DNA from: a virus
IMG/VR virus record: IMGVR_UViG_3300020185_000003
Direction: 5' to 3' (one strand)
Length of the DNA stretch: 59,833 nt
This document shows positions 30,962-40,294 of this stretch, piece by piece. How positions within the stretch are numbered: position 1 is the first letter of the stretch; each line of letters begins with the position of its first letter. The notes beneath the pieces are model-generated. The model worked only from the letters and a program-made list of their open reading frames with translations. It was not told where the DNA came from and searched no databases. The position numbers and the translations under genes were made by a program.

Positions 30962-31360
30962 CTTCTTTACCTTAGATGTGAGTTCTATACCTGAGGCTAA
31001 CGTTAGGTATCCTATTTTCTTTTCGATAAATGTATTGTCTGAGAAGTCTGTATGCTTTGGCAACAGTTTGTTCTGCCAAGTTATTCTGATGTTGGCAATA
31101 TAGAAAGCCCACACACCGTTAGGAGTAGAGTTCACGTACACAGGTATTGTTCCGTGTTCTTTACTCCTAAGCATTAAAGCATCGTATTTTTTCTTTTCGA
31201 TTATTAAATCAGAATAGTGTGTGCGTCTGCACTTGAGTTCTATATCCAAGTTATACTCCTTAGAGAAGCAGTCATAACGAGAGGTTCTTTTCTCTGATTC
31301 TTTTAGGTCTTTAATGAAATTTTTTTTAATCCAATTATATAATTCATTTTCAGTAATCAT
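30959..31360 (-). CDS. PD-(D/E)XK-like nuclease (probable)
   Basis: 133 aa. YDCFSKEYNLDIELKCRR gives a D..E-x-K arrangement. Confidence 0.5.
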   Translation of the reverse strand: MITENELYNWIKKNFIKDLKESEKRTSRYDCFSKEYNLDIELKCRRTHYSDLIIEKKKYDALMLRSKEHGTIPVYVNSTPNGVWAFYIANIRITWQNKLLPKHTDFSDNTFIEKKIGYLTLASGIELTSKVKK

Positions 31361-31541
31361 CCTCGGTACTTTCTTTTATGTCCCTGAGTGTTGACATAAT
31401 TTGAATTATTTCTTTATTAAGAGCGTCAAAGTCTCGGTCTATTAAGTTTTCATATATTGAATTTAGAGAGTCGTGTAGTCCGTCCATCAGTTGGTTGATG
31501 TAAGCAAGTCGCTCAGTGTCGTATGCGGACGGTTTCGGCAT
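31350..31541 (-). CDS. hypothetical protein
   Basis: 63-aa ORF. Confidence 0.5.
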   Translation of the reverse strand: MPKPSAYDTERLAYINQLMDGLHDSLNSIYENLIDRDFDALNKEIIQIMSTLRDIKESTEDDY

Positions 31542-31544
31542 TGG

Positions 31545-31832
31545 CTATTCTTTTTTATCTATGGTTGCAAGAAATGCATTGCCCATAGGTGGGTCTATTT
31601 TTTTTATTAATGTATAGATTCTTTTAGAGTTTCTTTTAACCTGCTCTCTTTCTTTGTTGGTGGAGTCCTTGCCGAGATTACAATACATAAAGCAATCAAT
31701 CTTCAGCAGTTCATCGGTCTTCTGCTTGGTAGTCCAAGTTTTGAATTCCGCAATCTTATCTATGTCGTTGATGTTATAGCCCATTGTACATTCGATTAAT
31801 TGCCCATTTAACTTCTTCTTCAGTTCCGACAT
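31545..31832 (-). CDS. hypothetical protein
   Basis: 95-aa ORF. It overlaps the upstream gene by 59 nt, and an alternative ATG at 31784 is possible. Confidence 0.5.
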   Translation of the reverse strand: MSELKKKLNGQLIECTMGYNINDIDKIAEFKTWTTKQKTDELLKIDCFMYCNLGKDSTNKEREQVKRNSKRIYTLIKKIDPPMGNAFLATIDKKE

Positions 31833-32328
31833 TGGTTCTTTGTTCTACTATCTTATAGATTTCACCAAGTCTTTGTCTGTTAGAGATGACGGATTTTAAT
31901 TGTCCTTCAATTTCTATAATTTTCAAAGATAGCGATTTGTTTTCTTTACGCAAAAGAATTAGTTCTTTTTTTAGTTCATCTTCTGACAAATATAATTGGT
32001 CAGTTATATCTCCATCGAATGAGTTCTTGATTTCAGTATAAGACCTGCGTAGTTCAGGGTCAGACATCAGGTAGTTGTCAAAGTTTTTTACGTAATGTAT
32101 TATAGTTGCGTGATGTTTTACCATAGCCCTGCCAATACTACTATAACCCCAACCTCCCTTATGTAGGATGTGAGCGTATATCATACGGGCGTTTACTATG
32201 TGTCTGCGTCTCGACTTTGCGGTTTTTACGTCAACACCTAACACTACTCTGATTATATCACGAAGGTGTTGTGTTGGATTCAATACTGTTTCGTCCATTT
32301 CTATATTGTTTGATTGTATTTGATTCAT
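31774..32328 (-). CDS. DnaA domain-IV-like HTH DNA-binding protein
   Basis: KSRRRHIVNARMIYAHILHKGGWGYSSIGRAMVKHHATIIHYVKNF follows the DnaA C-terminal pattern (SR..IV.AR....YL......IG......H.T..H). Confidence 0.65.
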   Translation of the reverse strand: MNQIQSNNIEMDETVLNPTQHLRDIIRVVLGVDVKTAKSRRRHIVNARMIYAHILHKGGWGYSSIGRAMVKHHATIIHYVKNFDNYLMSDPELRRSYTEIKNSFDGDITDQLYLSEDELKKELILLRKENKSLSLKIIEIEGQLKSVISNRQRLGEIYKIVEQRTNVGTEEEVKWAINRMYNGL

Positions 32329-32647
32329 TTATTAAGTCTAAGTATTGGTCGCAGTCTATCTCCAAGATGTTCACTAAGTCTATCATAGGAGTATCTGTGT
32401 ATGCGGTTAACGGGTCGTTATAGTATTCAATAACAAAGAAGAAAGGTTCATTAACAAGAGACACTCCGCCAACATAATAAGTCTCATCATCCAATGATAC
32501 TGTCATCCATTCCAACACACTTGAGAGTTGCTTCATTATGTCCACACGTATATCCCAATCAAATGTGTGAAGGGTGAAATGAAAGTCTTGTGTTAGCGAA
32601 ACACCTACATTGCTACTCTCCTCTGTATACCTCTGTTTTGAATCCAT
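32258..32647 (-). CDS. hypothetical protein
   Basis: 129-aa ORF. It overlaps both neighbours, so the start is uncertain. Confidence 0.5.
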   Translation of the reverse strand: MDSKQRYTEESSNVGVSLTQDFHFTLHTFDWDIRVDIMKQLSSVLEWMTVSLDDETYYVGGVSLVNEPFFFVIEYYNDPLTAYTDTPMIDLVNILEIDCDQYLDLINESNTIKQYRNGRNSIESNTTPS

Positions 32648-32858
32648 ATTGTTCTAATTCTTTTAGTCTATACTCCTGTAATGGAGAGACCTTTCCCTTT
32701 AATGTCTTAACCTCGCTGAAGATTACATTAGAGTTTGGCGGGATAGCAATGATATCAGGGATACCATTCTTATTGGTCTTGATTAGTTTGATTACATAGT
32801 AACCCTGAGCCTCAAGTTCCTTTATCCTTTTAGTCTGTATCTGTTGTTCTGTAGCCAT
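32613..32858 (-). CDS. VRR-NUC domain nuclease
   Basis: 81 aa with GIPDIIAI...IFSEVKTLKGKVSPLQ...LEQYG, which matches the G.PD...E.K...S..Q signature. Confidence 0.75.
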   Translation of the reverse strand: MATEQQIQTKRIKELEAQGYYVIKLIKTNKNGIPDIIAIPPNSNVIFSEVKTLKGKVSPLQEYRLKELEQYGFKTEVYRGE

Positions 32859-34316
32859 TTACAAAGTTAGCAAATCCTTTTTAAAGTGATTCAGAGTATA
32901 GTCTTTCTTGTCTGATACCGCTTTATATATTTCTTTTTCTATGCCCCCTTTAGCAAACACCCAATAAACATCTGACTCCAATCTTTCCTTGGTTGTCATT
33001 CGGTCTCTGCTCTGCCAATAACTTGTAGCACTGAAGTCTATGTTGTAATACACAAGAGCATCTGCTTTTCGTAAGGATATACCCTCACGTCCTGATACAA
33101 TTTGTAAGGCTATAGACTTACTTGTGTCTTCAAAGACACTAAGTTCTGTACATAATTGGTCTCCATATACCTGCTTCAGTGCGTTATACTCTTCCTTGAA
33201 TTTGTAGAAGATTCCAATCTTAGCATCGCCAAAGTTGTCGTGGATATATCTTGCTTTCGACAAGTCAATAATGGTTGAGTTGCCTGACTCAAACTTGATA
33301 GTTCCTGAATACAATTGGTGAAGTTTCATCATTAGTTTAACGGGAGTATCAGCCAATATCGTTTCTTCCTTTCCTTCAACGACCAAGTTCTTTTTTAATT
33401 GAGCCGCAATCTTATATGTAATTGGCTCAAGTTCTACCTCAAGTATATGTTCCCTTGTTTCTACTTTAAACCCTGCCTCCTTCTGTGTGTAGTTGATGGT
33501 GTATGGTTTCATTGCATCAAGTATCGTTGGAAGACCATTCGTATAATCGTTTATGTATAGAGAATTGATTTTTCTTTGCGTAACATTAACGAAGTCTTTA
33601 GAAAACTTATAAAAGTTTACATATTGATTGAATGGATTTGTACGTATACCGTAAACCTGATGATACATCTGAGAGTAAGACTCGGGAGTTGGTGTACCTG
33701 ATAAAAGAATTACCATTGGATTGTGCTTCTTTATAATTGCACTGACTTGCTTCGCTCTGTTGTTTGGTTTAGGGAATGCACCCATACCGTGTGCCTCATC
33801 GCAAATTAAAACATCAAGACTTTCTATCTCAACCTTGTGCAAACTTTCATAGTTGACTACTGTTAGTTCGTAGTTAGGGTTCAGCATAGCATAGTCGGAC
33901 TCTATGCTACTTATGGCTTTCTTCTTTGTCAAGAACAAAACTTTTTTTGCATCGAGTTCTCTACAGATACCGAGACTTGTAAGGGTCTTTCCTGTACGCA
34001 CCTCCATTGCTAAGTATACGAAGTTCTTCTTCTTCAGCACATCAGTGCCTTTCTCTATAATTTCTTTTTGATAATCTCTAAATTCTATTGTCGGATTTTC
34101 CATTTGATATTTATAATAATCAACGCTTCGATTGATTCGGTCTATTGTTTCCTTTGGAGTATTGTGCTTATACTCCTCTACTATTTTTACACCCTTTCCT
34201 CTACCGACTTTAATTTCCTTCTTTGCGTTAACTACTGATGCCAATATCATACACTGCTTGTGCATCATCTTGTTACTGTACCCCGGGATTCTCGGTAGTA
34301 TATCTGTGTCTGTCAT
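32859..34316 (-). CDS. SNF2/DEAD-like superfamily II DNA helicase
   Basis: Motif I MEVRTGKTLTS, motif II VLICDEAHG and motif III LLSGTPTPES are present. Confidence 0.85.
   Translation of the reverse strand: MTDTDILPRIPGYSNKMMHKQCMILASVVNAKKEIKVGRGKGVKIVEEYKHNTPKETIDRINRSVDYYKYQMENPTIEFRDYQKEIIEKGTDVLKKKNFVYLAMEVRTGKTLTSLGICRELDAKKVLFLTKKKAISSIESDYAMLNPNYELTVVNYESLHKVEIESLDVLICDEAHGMGAFPKPNNRAKQVSAIIKKHNPMVILLSGTPTPESYSQMYHQVYGIRTNPFNQYVNFYKFSKDFVNVTQRKINSLYINDYTNGLPTILDAMKPYTINYTQKEAGFKVETREHILEVELEPITYKIAAQLKKNLVVEGKEETILADTPVKLMMKLHQLYSGTIKFESGNSTIIDLSKARYIHDNFGDAKIGIFYKFKEEYNALKQVYGDQLCTELSVFEDTSKSIALQIVSGREGISLRKADALVYYNIDFSATSYWQSRDRMTTKERLESDVYWVFAKGGIEKEIYKAVSDKKDYTLNHFKKDLLTL
33124..33139. 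repeat. PAL16 copy E (GTGTCTTCAAAGACAC, exact)
   Basis: Lies inside the helicase CDS; the sense strand reads S-VFEDT-SK. Confidence 0.95.
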
Positions 34317-34480
34317 TTAGTTGCTTGAATAATTAAGTTTCTTACTGATACATTATCAATCAAACGCTGAGCAAATCTTTGTGCGTCAAGTTTGCTATTA
34401 AATATTTTCGACCTCTGTTCCCACTCTGCCGACTTGTTCAGTGCTTGATTGAAATAATTGTATGTTACTTGGTACTTCAC
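34313..34480 (-). CDS. small hypothetical protein (55 aa, GTG start)
   Basis: Hand-translated as MKYQVTYNYFNQALNKSAEWEQRSKIFNSKLDAQRFAQRLIDNVSVRNLIIQATK. Its stop forms an ATGA overlap with the helicase start, and its GTG overlaps the upstream TGA. Confidence 0.4.
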   Translation of the reverse strand: MKYQVTYNYFNQALNKSAEWEQRSKIFNSKLDAQRFAQRLIDNVSVRNLIIQATK

Positions 34481-34590
34481 GGATTAATTCCTTTTTTGTT
34501 AACGAATCTAATCCACATCTTGGCAGCAATTGCTCTGCGTTGTGGTTTGAACGAGTAGGTGCTACGCAACCTTGCCATAGCAATCCTCAT
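34477..34590 (-). CDS. small basic hypothetical protein (37 aa)
   Basis: Hand-translated as MRIAMARLRSTYSFKPQRRAIAAKMWIRFVNKKGINP. It has a GTGA stop/start overlap with the next ORF. Confidence 0.3.
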   Translation of the reverse strand: MRIAMARLRSTYSFKPQRRAIAAKMWIRFVNKKGINP

Positions 34591-34601
34591 AAATTGTTCT
34601 C

Positions 34602-34829
34602 TCATAGGTTGAATGTCAAGTCATTTTCGCTCATTGCTTCTCGTAACATCTCTCGGCATTTCTCATAGACCTCCATCTCACATTCGGTAGCCTCTCGGTT
34701 TCCGATGTATCCGTGTTTTACTATCCCTCGTAACTCTTGGTCAAGGCTCCACGCTGCATTATACCAAGCCCCTGCTTTCAATGCTTGGACTGCGTCTTGT
34801 TCGTTGTCAAACTCTATTATTACTTTCAT
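34602..34829 (-). CDS. hypothetical protein
   Basis: Track ORF 34602..34898. The internal ATG 34829 (MKVIIEFDNEQ...) is preferred because it minimises the overlap. Confidence 0.55.
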   Translation of the reverse strand: MKVIIEFDNEQDAVQALKAGAWYNAAWSLDQELRGIVKHGYIGNREATECEMEVYEKCREMLREAMSENDLTFNL

Positions 34830-35013
34830 CTTGTTCTGATTTAAAGGTTTGTTCACTTGAGGTCGCAATTTGCGACCAATAAAAATCACACTCTCCATCC
34901 TTAATTGGAGGGCTAAAGAAAAACGATTGGTACATTCCTGACGGTGCAGTGAAGCGGTAGCAGGTTTCTTTAAGGGCGCATCCCTCTCCTGTGCATTTTG
35001 ATATGTCTGCCAT
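34807..35013 (-). CDS. small Cys-rich protein
   Basis: 68 aa, starting MADISKCTGEGCALKETCYRF..GECDFY. Confidence 0.55.
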   Translation of the reverse strand: MADISKCTGEGCALKETCYRFTAPSGMYQSFFFSPPIKDGECDFYWSQIATSSEQTFKSEQDESNNRV

Positions 35014-35024
35014 TCTATTTGATG

Positions 35025-35420
35025 TTAAAGATTATTAAGTTCTTGTATCATTGAGTAGGGTAAAAGGTCGTTAAACTCTTCTCTGCCTCTTTTAATCCAT
35101 TGTGAAAGTTTTTCTCTGCGTCTTTCTCTGATTAAATATTCTCGCTCTTCGTGTCCTGCATATCGAATTTTTTGAAAAACGCAACCTGATTCATTTTCAA
35201 TTTCTCCGTATGTTGCAATTAATCCTTCGTCTTGAATGTTCGACACAATAGCCGTAAGCGTTTGGTGAGCCATACTAAGGTCTTTTCTTAACTCATCAAT
35301 GGTTGTGAAGCCTTTGCCTTTAAAGGTGCGCTTATGAATCTCATAGATGACTCTTGTAGTCTTGCTCTTTATTTCTCCGTTGTTGAGTTGATTGAGCCAA
35401 TTTTTAACTTTTACTTTCAT
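35025..35420 (-). CDS. winged-helix-like DNA-binding protein (probable)
   Basis: 131 aa. TIDELRKDLSMAHQTLTAIVSNIQDEGLI is HTH-like. Confidence 0.5.
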   Translation of the reverse strand: MKVKVKNWLNQLNNGEIKSKTTRVIYEIHKRTFKGKGFTTIDELRKDLSMAHQTLTAIVSNIQDEGLIATYGEIENESGCVFQKIRYAGHEEREYLIRERRREKLSQWIKRGREEFNDLLPYSMIQELNNL

Positions 35421-35426
35421 TTGATA

Positions 35427-37838
35427 TTATAGATTTAAATTTTGTTGTTGATTTAATTTTGGTTTAATACGCATCCACTTTCCTGCTGCATCTCTTCCCT
35501 CTTCAGGTTGTTGCTGAGTTTTGTATACTGCGTAAGCAACCAACCACTGATAGAATCTCATACGGCTTATGCTCATACGTGACTTTGGTGCATAGTCAGG
35601 ATACTCTGCAATGAATTCATAGTACCTGTCTTGTTGGTGAATCTTAATTCCTATCTCAAGACTTGGGTTCTCACGCATATCTCCAATCAATCCACACCAT
35701 TCGATAAAATCGTGTGATGTTTCTGCAGATAGTTGTCTCACTCCTAAGTTTACAAATGAAGACTTGATTAGCCCTTGGCTTAGGTACATCTGAAGACACG
35801 ACACCATATAGTTATCAAACTGACACCACTCATCATCATCCCAATCAGCAAAGAAGTGTTTGCCAAATTCATCTAACGGTGTATAGTTCTTATTGTAGTG
35901 CTGATGAAGTTCAACCTCCCACTTACGTCTTGCAAAAGAGTTACCGCTTCCTTTGATAGCATAGTTGGTAGTGATAGCAATCTTAGGTGACTTAGCAAAT
36001 GGAATCTTGATAGCATCTTTATTCTTCTTCTCCAACGTAAGACCCTCTGTAACCACAGAGAATAAACGCTCGAAGTCAAAGTGCTTCTTGACATCATCAA
36101 AGCAAAGCACCTGCGTATCTGCTGATACAAGTTGGTAAGGAAATGATTTCTCAAAAGCAAATGCCTTACCGTCAATCACCACTAACTTTTTCATTTGGTT
36201 CAGGGCATTCATAAATAATCCCTTTCCCGTACCACCTTCAGGGTTGTCACTTATAACCTCATCATTAAGTATTACCGCAGGACAGTATGATAAGTTCTTG
36301 TATCCGTGCATTAAGAATCCAATTGTAGACTCCATTGTTTGTACACGTGACTCGTTGTCCGCACAGATGCGAGAGATGAAAGTTTTGTAGTCGCACAAGT
36401 CATCATCGCACAGGTTAAACTTTCTGTCAATCACGTGTTCCTTCCAAACGTAACCACCCAAGTCTAAGTAGTCAATAGGTTCTATGTTGTTCTCCGTTAT
36501 CTTGACCGCACAGTTCTTGTAGTACAGGTAAGAAGTATCCTTGGAATCTTCGATGAAGTAAATATCAATCGTAGATAGCAGGGTTAAAAATTCCTCTCTA
36601 AAGAATCTTGTTTGGTCAGCGAAGTAGTTGTATATACTTAGGTCATCTATGTTCTGTAGATATCCCAATATAAAATCCTTAATCTCCTTCTCTGATGTGT
36701 GGTCTATCAAGTTGTTAGTGACCTTAACGAACACATAGTTTCTACTTCCTTCAGGGCAAAACTTGTAGAACCCATTGTCCTCAAGAAATTCTTTGAACAA
36801 GTAGTGTACTATCTTGATAGTTCCCTTTTCATTCTTTGTCCAAAAGGTATGGTTGGTTGCCTCATCTTCAATTCTGTTTAGTACTGAATCAATTACATCG
36901 CCATCAATACGAGACTCTTCTAACTGATGACGGATTTCCTTTTTTGATACGCCTCTCTTTAATTTAGTTCTGATTTGATTGATGCGCTCCTCATCCTCGT
37001 AGTACTTAGTTCCGAAGTTTCTTGTCTGTGAATATGCCGAGTCTATCGTTCTGTTGATTTCAGTTAAGGTGAAGTCCGCAGTTTGATATTGGCTTAGCAC
37101 ATAACCTGCAAGACTCTTACTGATACCATAGTCATTGAATGCCATCGCAAGAACATACACGTTCTGATTACGCTGACCTTCAACCATTGGATATTTCTTT
37201 AACCACCACTTGATAAGGATATCAACGACTTTGTTCTCATCTGTGATTGGAATAGTTGGTGCATCTCTATTCTTGTTAACCTCTACGTACTCAGGTTCAA
37301 CAATCTTATCCCATACTGATGAGTTCATATTGATGTATGTCAAAGGGTCATAAGACTCATAGCATACACGAGATACGTTCTTAACTACCTTGTCAAAGTT
37401 GGGAGAGTTGAAGTGTTCCTGTAAAGAGTTGAAGTAGTTCACGTGATTATCTACATCAGCAGGTATTTTAACCAACACCTTGAGACCATCACCTGATGGA
37501 GAGATGAATACGCTCATCACGTACTTGTCTTTGCATAGGTTCTCTTTATCCTGAAGAAGTTCTTTTGTCTTGGTGTAACCATCAAAGTCCAAACAAATCA
37601 ATCCACTGTGATTCTGTAGGGCATTGTCATTACGCTTGTGAAATACTCCGCTAAAACAAATAGCGGGTAGAAGTTTCTTTAGTTCGTTACGCTCCGACTT
37701 TACTTTCTCTTGTCGGATACGCTTAACTAAATCCTTTGTCGCTCCATCCTTTATTCTTTTAAGGACAAGTTGTACATCTCTATGGAACGGAGCCTCAGTT
37801 TCCTTGATGTTTTTGAATATTGTTACAGTGTGTGTCAT
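35427..37838 (-). CDS. DNA primase / SF3-type helicase (VirE-N-like N-terminus, P-loop C-terminal half)
   Basis: 803 aa with PAICFSGVF...LICLDFDG in the N-terminal domain, Walker A NPEGGTGKG and Walker B VLCFDDV. Confidence 0.8.
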   Translation of the reverse strand: MTHTVTIFKNIKETEAPFHRDVQLVLKRIKDGATKDLVKRIRQEKVKSERNELKKLLPAICFSGVFHKRNDNALQNHSGLICLDFDGYTKTKELLQDKENLCKDKYVMSVFISPSGDGLKVLVKIPADVDNHVNYFNSLQEHFNSPNFDKVVKNVSRVCYESYDPLTYINMNSSVWDKIVEPEYVEVNKNRDAPTIPITDENKVVDILIKWWLKKYPMVEGQRNQNVYVLAMAFNDYGISKSLAGYVLSQYQTADFTLTEINRTIDSAYSQTRNFGTKYYEDEERINQIRTKLKRGVSKKEIRHQLEESRIDGDVIDSVLNRIEDEATNHTFWTKNEKGTIKIVHYLFKEFLEDNGFYKFCPEGSRNYVFVKVTNNLIDHTSEKEIKDFILGYLQNIDDLSIYNYFADQTRFFREEFLTLLSTIDIYFIEDSKDTSYLYYKNCAVKITENNIEPIDYLDLGGYVWKEHVIDRKFNLCDDDLCDYKTFISRICADNESRVQTMESTIGFLMHGYKNLSYCPAVILNDEVISDNPEGGTGKGLFMNALNQMKKLVVIDGKAFAFEKSFPYQLVSADTQVLCFDDVKKHFDFERLFSVVTEGLTLEKKNKDAIKIPFAKSPKIAITTNYAIKGSGNSFARRKWEVELHQHYNKNYTPLDEFGKHFFADWDDDEWCQFDNYMVSCLQMYLSQGLIKSSFVNLGVRQLSAETSHDFIEWCGLIGDMRENPSLEIGIKIHQQDRYYEFIAEYPDYAPKSRMSISRMRFYQWLVAYAVYKTQQQPEEGRDAAGKWMRIKPKLNQQQNLNL

Positions 37839-37871
37839 TGATATGTTGATTTGATGTTGATTTGATTACTC

Positions 37872-37908
37872 TAACTACTTGATTATCAGACTCAGTGTTG
37901 AAAATGTT
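37872..37908 (-). promoter_or_regulatory. conserved 37-nt upstream element, copy 1 (paired with 47861..47897)
   Basis: 30/37 identity with 47861..47897. It lies 33 nt upstream of the primase ATG. Confidence 0.5.
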
Positions 37909-38012
37909 AATTTTATTATACATATATAAGAAATAAAAGTAATTATATATATCTATAGTAGTAGTGGTGGTGCTTTTATTTTTCGCATTCAGCACACTAT
38001 TAGAGATAGAAA

Positions 38013-38030
38013 AGGGGAGTCTCCTCCCCT
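38013..38030 (-). terminator. stem-loop, probable terminator after the SSB gene
   Basis: The minus RNA reads AGGGGAG-GAGA-CUCCCCU followed by UUUC. Confidence 0.5.
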
Positions 38031-38053
38031 TAACTATTTCTAATTGGTTTAGG

Positions 38054-38338
38054 TTAAAACGGCAGGTCATCATCCTCTTTCGCTACCGCAGGAGCAGGAG
38101 CAGGTTTAGGTGACGCTGACTTTCCTTGTGGCTTGGCTTCCCAAGTATCGAGTTCACAATAGTAGTTCCCGTTCTTGGCTTGTTTGATATCCAAGTTAAC
38201 CCAACCATTCTTGGCGTGTTGTGAAAGGAAAGCAATTGCTTCATCCACTTTAATTGATTGCCGACCCACTACGAAGTCGGGGGCATTCTCTCTGCGCTTA
38301 AAAGAGAATCCGTCTGCGAAAATTTTTTCGTCTGTCAT
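38054..38338 (-). CDS. ssb: single-stranded DNA-binding protein (short, non-canonical core)
   Basis: 94 aa with a Pro/Ala linker and the C-terminal acidic tip EDDDLPF (compare bacterial SSB DDDIPF). Confidence 0.65.
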   Translation of the reverse strand: MTDEKIFADGFSFKRRENAPDFVVGRQSIKVDEAIAFLSQHAKNGWVNLDIKQAKNGNYYCELDTWEAKPQGKSASPKPAPAPAVAKEDDDLPF

Positions 38339-38459
38339 TTTGTTTTGATTTTAATTTTACGCTCCAATAGTTTAGTTGTTGAGAGGATAACATTTTGTTT
38401 TTCCTCGGGGCTTTGGCATCTGATTGGAACACGCAGACACATCCACCCATTTTCTTTTT

Positions 38460-38475
38460 GTGTCTTTGAAGACAC
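38460..38475. repeat. PAL16 copy F (GTGTCTTTGAAGACAC, exact)
   Basis: Intergenic, 16 nt downstream of the exonuclease stop on the minus strand. Confidence 0.95.
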
Positions 38476-38491
38476 TGCTTCTGTTAATCTT

Positions 38492-39226
38492 TTAAAGAAG
38501 TTCATCTATGTAATAGTACTCGATGTTTTCAGTCGGATTGTCTCCAAAGAATTTTCTATAAACCTCAATGGCACGGATTACTTTTTCCTCACCACGCTTT
38601 ACAAATTCTTCTGTTGGTCTGTAGATGCCAAGCATACCGTTGGTCTTATCCACCACATAGAATGTTAGCGGAAGTCCAAACAGTTCCTGATATATGTAGC
38701 ACTGACTGTCATAATTATACTTTCGAGCCGACCACTTAAAATCAGAAATGTTACTTGTTGTTTTCAGGTCAATGAGTTTGTCCTTGCAAACGATGTCTGC
38801 CTTACCCTTCCACATCATACCGTGAATTTCCTTGACTGCAGGAACCTCATACTGATTCCCCTCCTCACGTATGCCTTCATAGAAAGCAAGGTTTTGAATC
38901 ATATTGTCCACGCACCCACGAATCTCTTCGCCCTCCTTCTCTAACATTGCAAAGGGAATCTTATTCTCTGCGATGTATTCCTTGTATGCTTTAGTAGTTC
39001 GAGTTGACACATCAACAAACTTTGTATGCACTGCCTTCTCAGGTTCAAGGATGAGTTGATGAAAGTATCTACCCTTGGCATAGTTCACGTTGTCCTCAGA
39101 AGACTTTCCAAATTCTTTTGGGTTACCAAGTAACGCTCCTATGTCTGAGTTGCTAAGGAATTGTTTTCCAAATGCTCCGTAATAATCCTCGTCATTACGT
39201 AAGCGGTCTAATGTTTCTTTGTTCAT
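38492..39226 (-). CDS. PD-(D/E)XK exonuclease (RecB/Cas4/YqaJ-like)
   Basis: 244 aa with GKADIVCKDKLIDLKTT (D..D-x-K). It is paired with an annealase gene. Confidence 0.65.
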   Translation of the reverse strand: MNKETLDRLRNDEDYYGAFGKQFLSNSDIGALLGNPKEFGKSSEDNVNYAKGRYFHQLILEPEKAVHTKFVDVSTRTTKAYKEYIAENKIPFAMLEKEGEEIRGCVDNMIQNLAFYEGIREEGNQYEVPAVKEIHGMMWKGKADIVCKDKLIDLKTTSNISDFKWSARKYNYDSQCYIYQELFGLPLTFYVVDKTNGMLGIYRPTEEFVKRGEEKVIRAIEVYRKFFGDNPTENIEYYYIDELL

Positions 39227-39876
39227 TTTCCTGTTACGATTTTAGTTAGATTATTCTTAACCAAGTTGGTGATGGTGTACTTGATAGACAATGCATCGAC
39301 AATCTTCTTGATGCCTATCTCTTTGTTCTCAGTCACGTACTTAACAACCTTATCCCAATTCTCATCACCAACCTTTAACGAAAGTTTTCCGTCTGCCGTT
39401 TTAGTTTGTGCGGGAGTCGATGGTGCGGGAGTTGGTGTTACAGTTTCTGATTCAGGCAAGTCTTCACCTGCATAGATGTAGATTCCCAATCCAAACATAG
39501 CCAAGTTCTTAACCAAGCAACGCATTAATGTTTTGTTGATGTCAAAAGTTGTTGCTGCTTCACATACCTTAGTACCGTAACGAGTTGTATACTCATACGA
39601 TTCCTTGCGCATTGATTTGTTTGCTCCATCCATAACAGGTAGCCACATCTCTAAAGATTCTCCTTCTATGGTCACTGACGTGTGACACATAAAGCCGAGT
39701 TGTTCGTCATACTCTGTCATTCCGATTTGATATGTCGCATCAGGACATACCTTCTTAGTTTCTGACCAAGCCCAAGCCCAAGATAAATACGTTAGGTTTG
39801 ATTTCTTTTCCACCTTGTCATTGACGTTGATGGCTGACAGTTTTTCAAATGTCGTTAGTTGTTTTGTGTTCTCCAT
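39223..39876 (-). CDS. Rad52-like single-strand annealing protein (Sak3/DUF1071-type)
   Basis: 217 aa with the NLTYLSWAWAW signature, as I recall it for this family. It forms an ATGA overlap with the exonuclease. Confidence 0.6.
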   Translation of the reverse strand: MENTKQLTTFEKLSAINVNDKVEKKSNLTYLSWAWAWSETKKVCPDATYQIGMTEYDEQLGFMCHTSVTIEGESLEMWLPVMDGANKSMRKESYEYTTRYGTKVCEAATTFDINKTLMRCLVKNLAMFGLGIYIYAGEDLPESETVTPTPAPSTPAQTKTADGKLSLKVGDENWDKVVKYVTENKEIGIKKIVDALSIKYTITNLVKNNLTKIVTGK

Positions 39877-40294
39877 TTTGATTTGATTTTAATTTATTTA
39901 ATTTAATTGTCATCTCTGTGTACTTCTCAAGGATATTTTGCCTTGTGGATTGGTAATAATCGAGTTGCTTCTGAGATGGGTTCGGCTTCTCGTTGACGTG
40001 CTTCTTAATCTGTCGCTCAATTCTGTCGAGTTTTGCACGATAGTTAGACAAAGATATAACATATATTCCATATCTCCAACCACCATCGTGAAATAAATTT
40101 ATATGTTCCTGATTTAGAGAGTGATAAAAATCTCCCGACTTCGCAGTATTCAACAGTTGTATTTGAGAGGTCTCGTTGTCTTTGACAATCTTTATCCCGT
40201 ACAAAAGATAGGACTCGTATCCATTCCCGTGAAGAGGAGATGAAGATGAGTCGTCAGATGCCTGAATAAAGATGTCGTTTAAACTGTAACGCAC
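39845..40294 (-). CDS. hypothetical protein
   Basis: 149-aa ORF. Confidence 0.55.
   Translation of the reverse strand: MRYSLNDIFIQASDDSSSSPLHGNGYESYLLYGIKIVKDNETSQIQLLNTAKSGDFYHSLNQEHINLFHDGGWRYGIYVISLSNYRAKLDRIERQIKKHVNEKPNPSQKQLDYYQSTRQNILEKYTEMTIKLNKLKSNQNGEHKTTNDI

Noticed and set aside
34398-34583. Track ORF 34398..34583 (-) and 34462..34668 (+) in the gap upstream of the helicase.
   Set aside because: Their sequences do not look protein-like and show no start/stop coupling. Two shorter minus-strand ORFs (34477..34590 and 34313..34480) with GTGA and ATGA overlaps explain the gap better, although they are themselves low confidence.
38339-38459. A possible second ribozyme (twister-like GCCAAAGCCCCGAGG) or small ORF in the 153-nt gap after PAL16 copy F.
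   Set aside because: I could not build the required P1/P2/P4 helices or pseudoknots. The resemblance is limited to a short CCAAAGCCC string. The ~50-codon ORF overlaps the SSB gene out of frame and looks non-coding.
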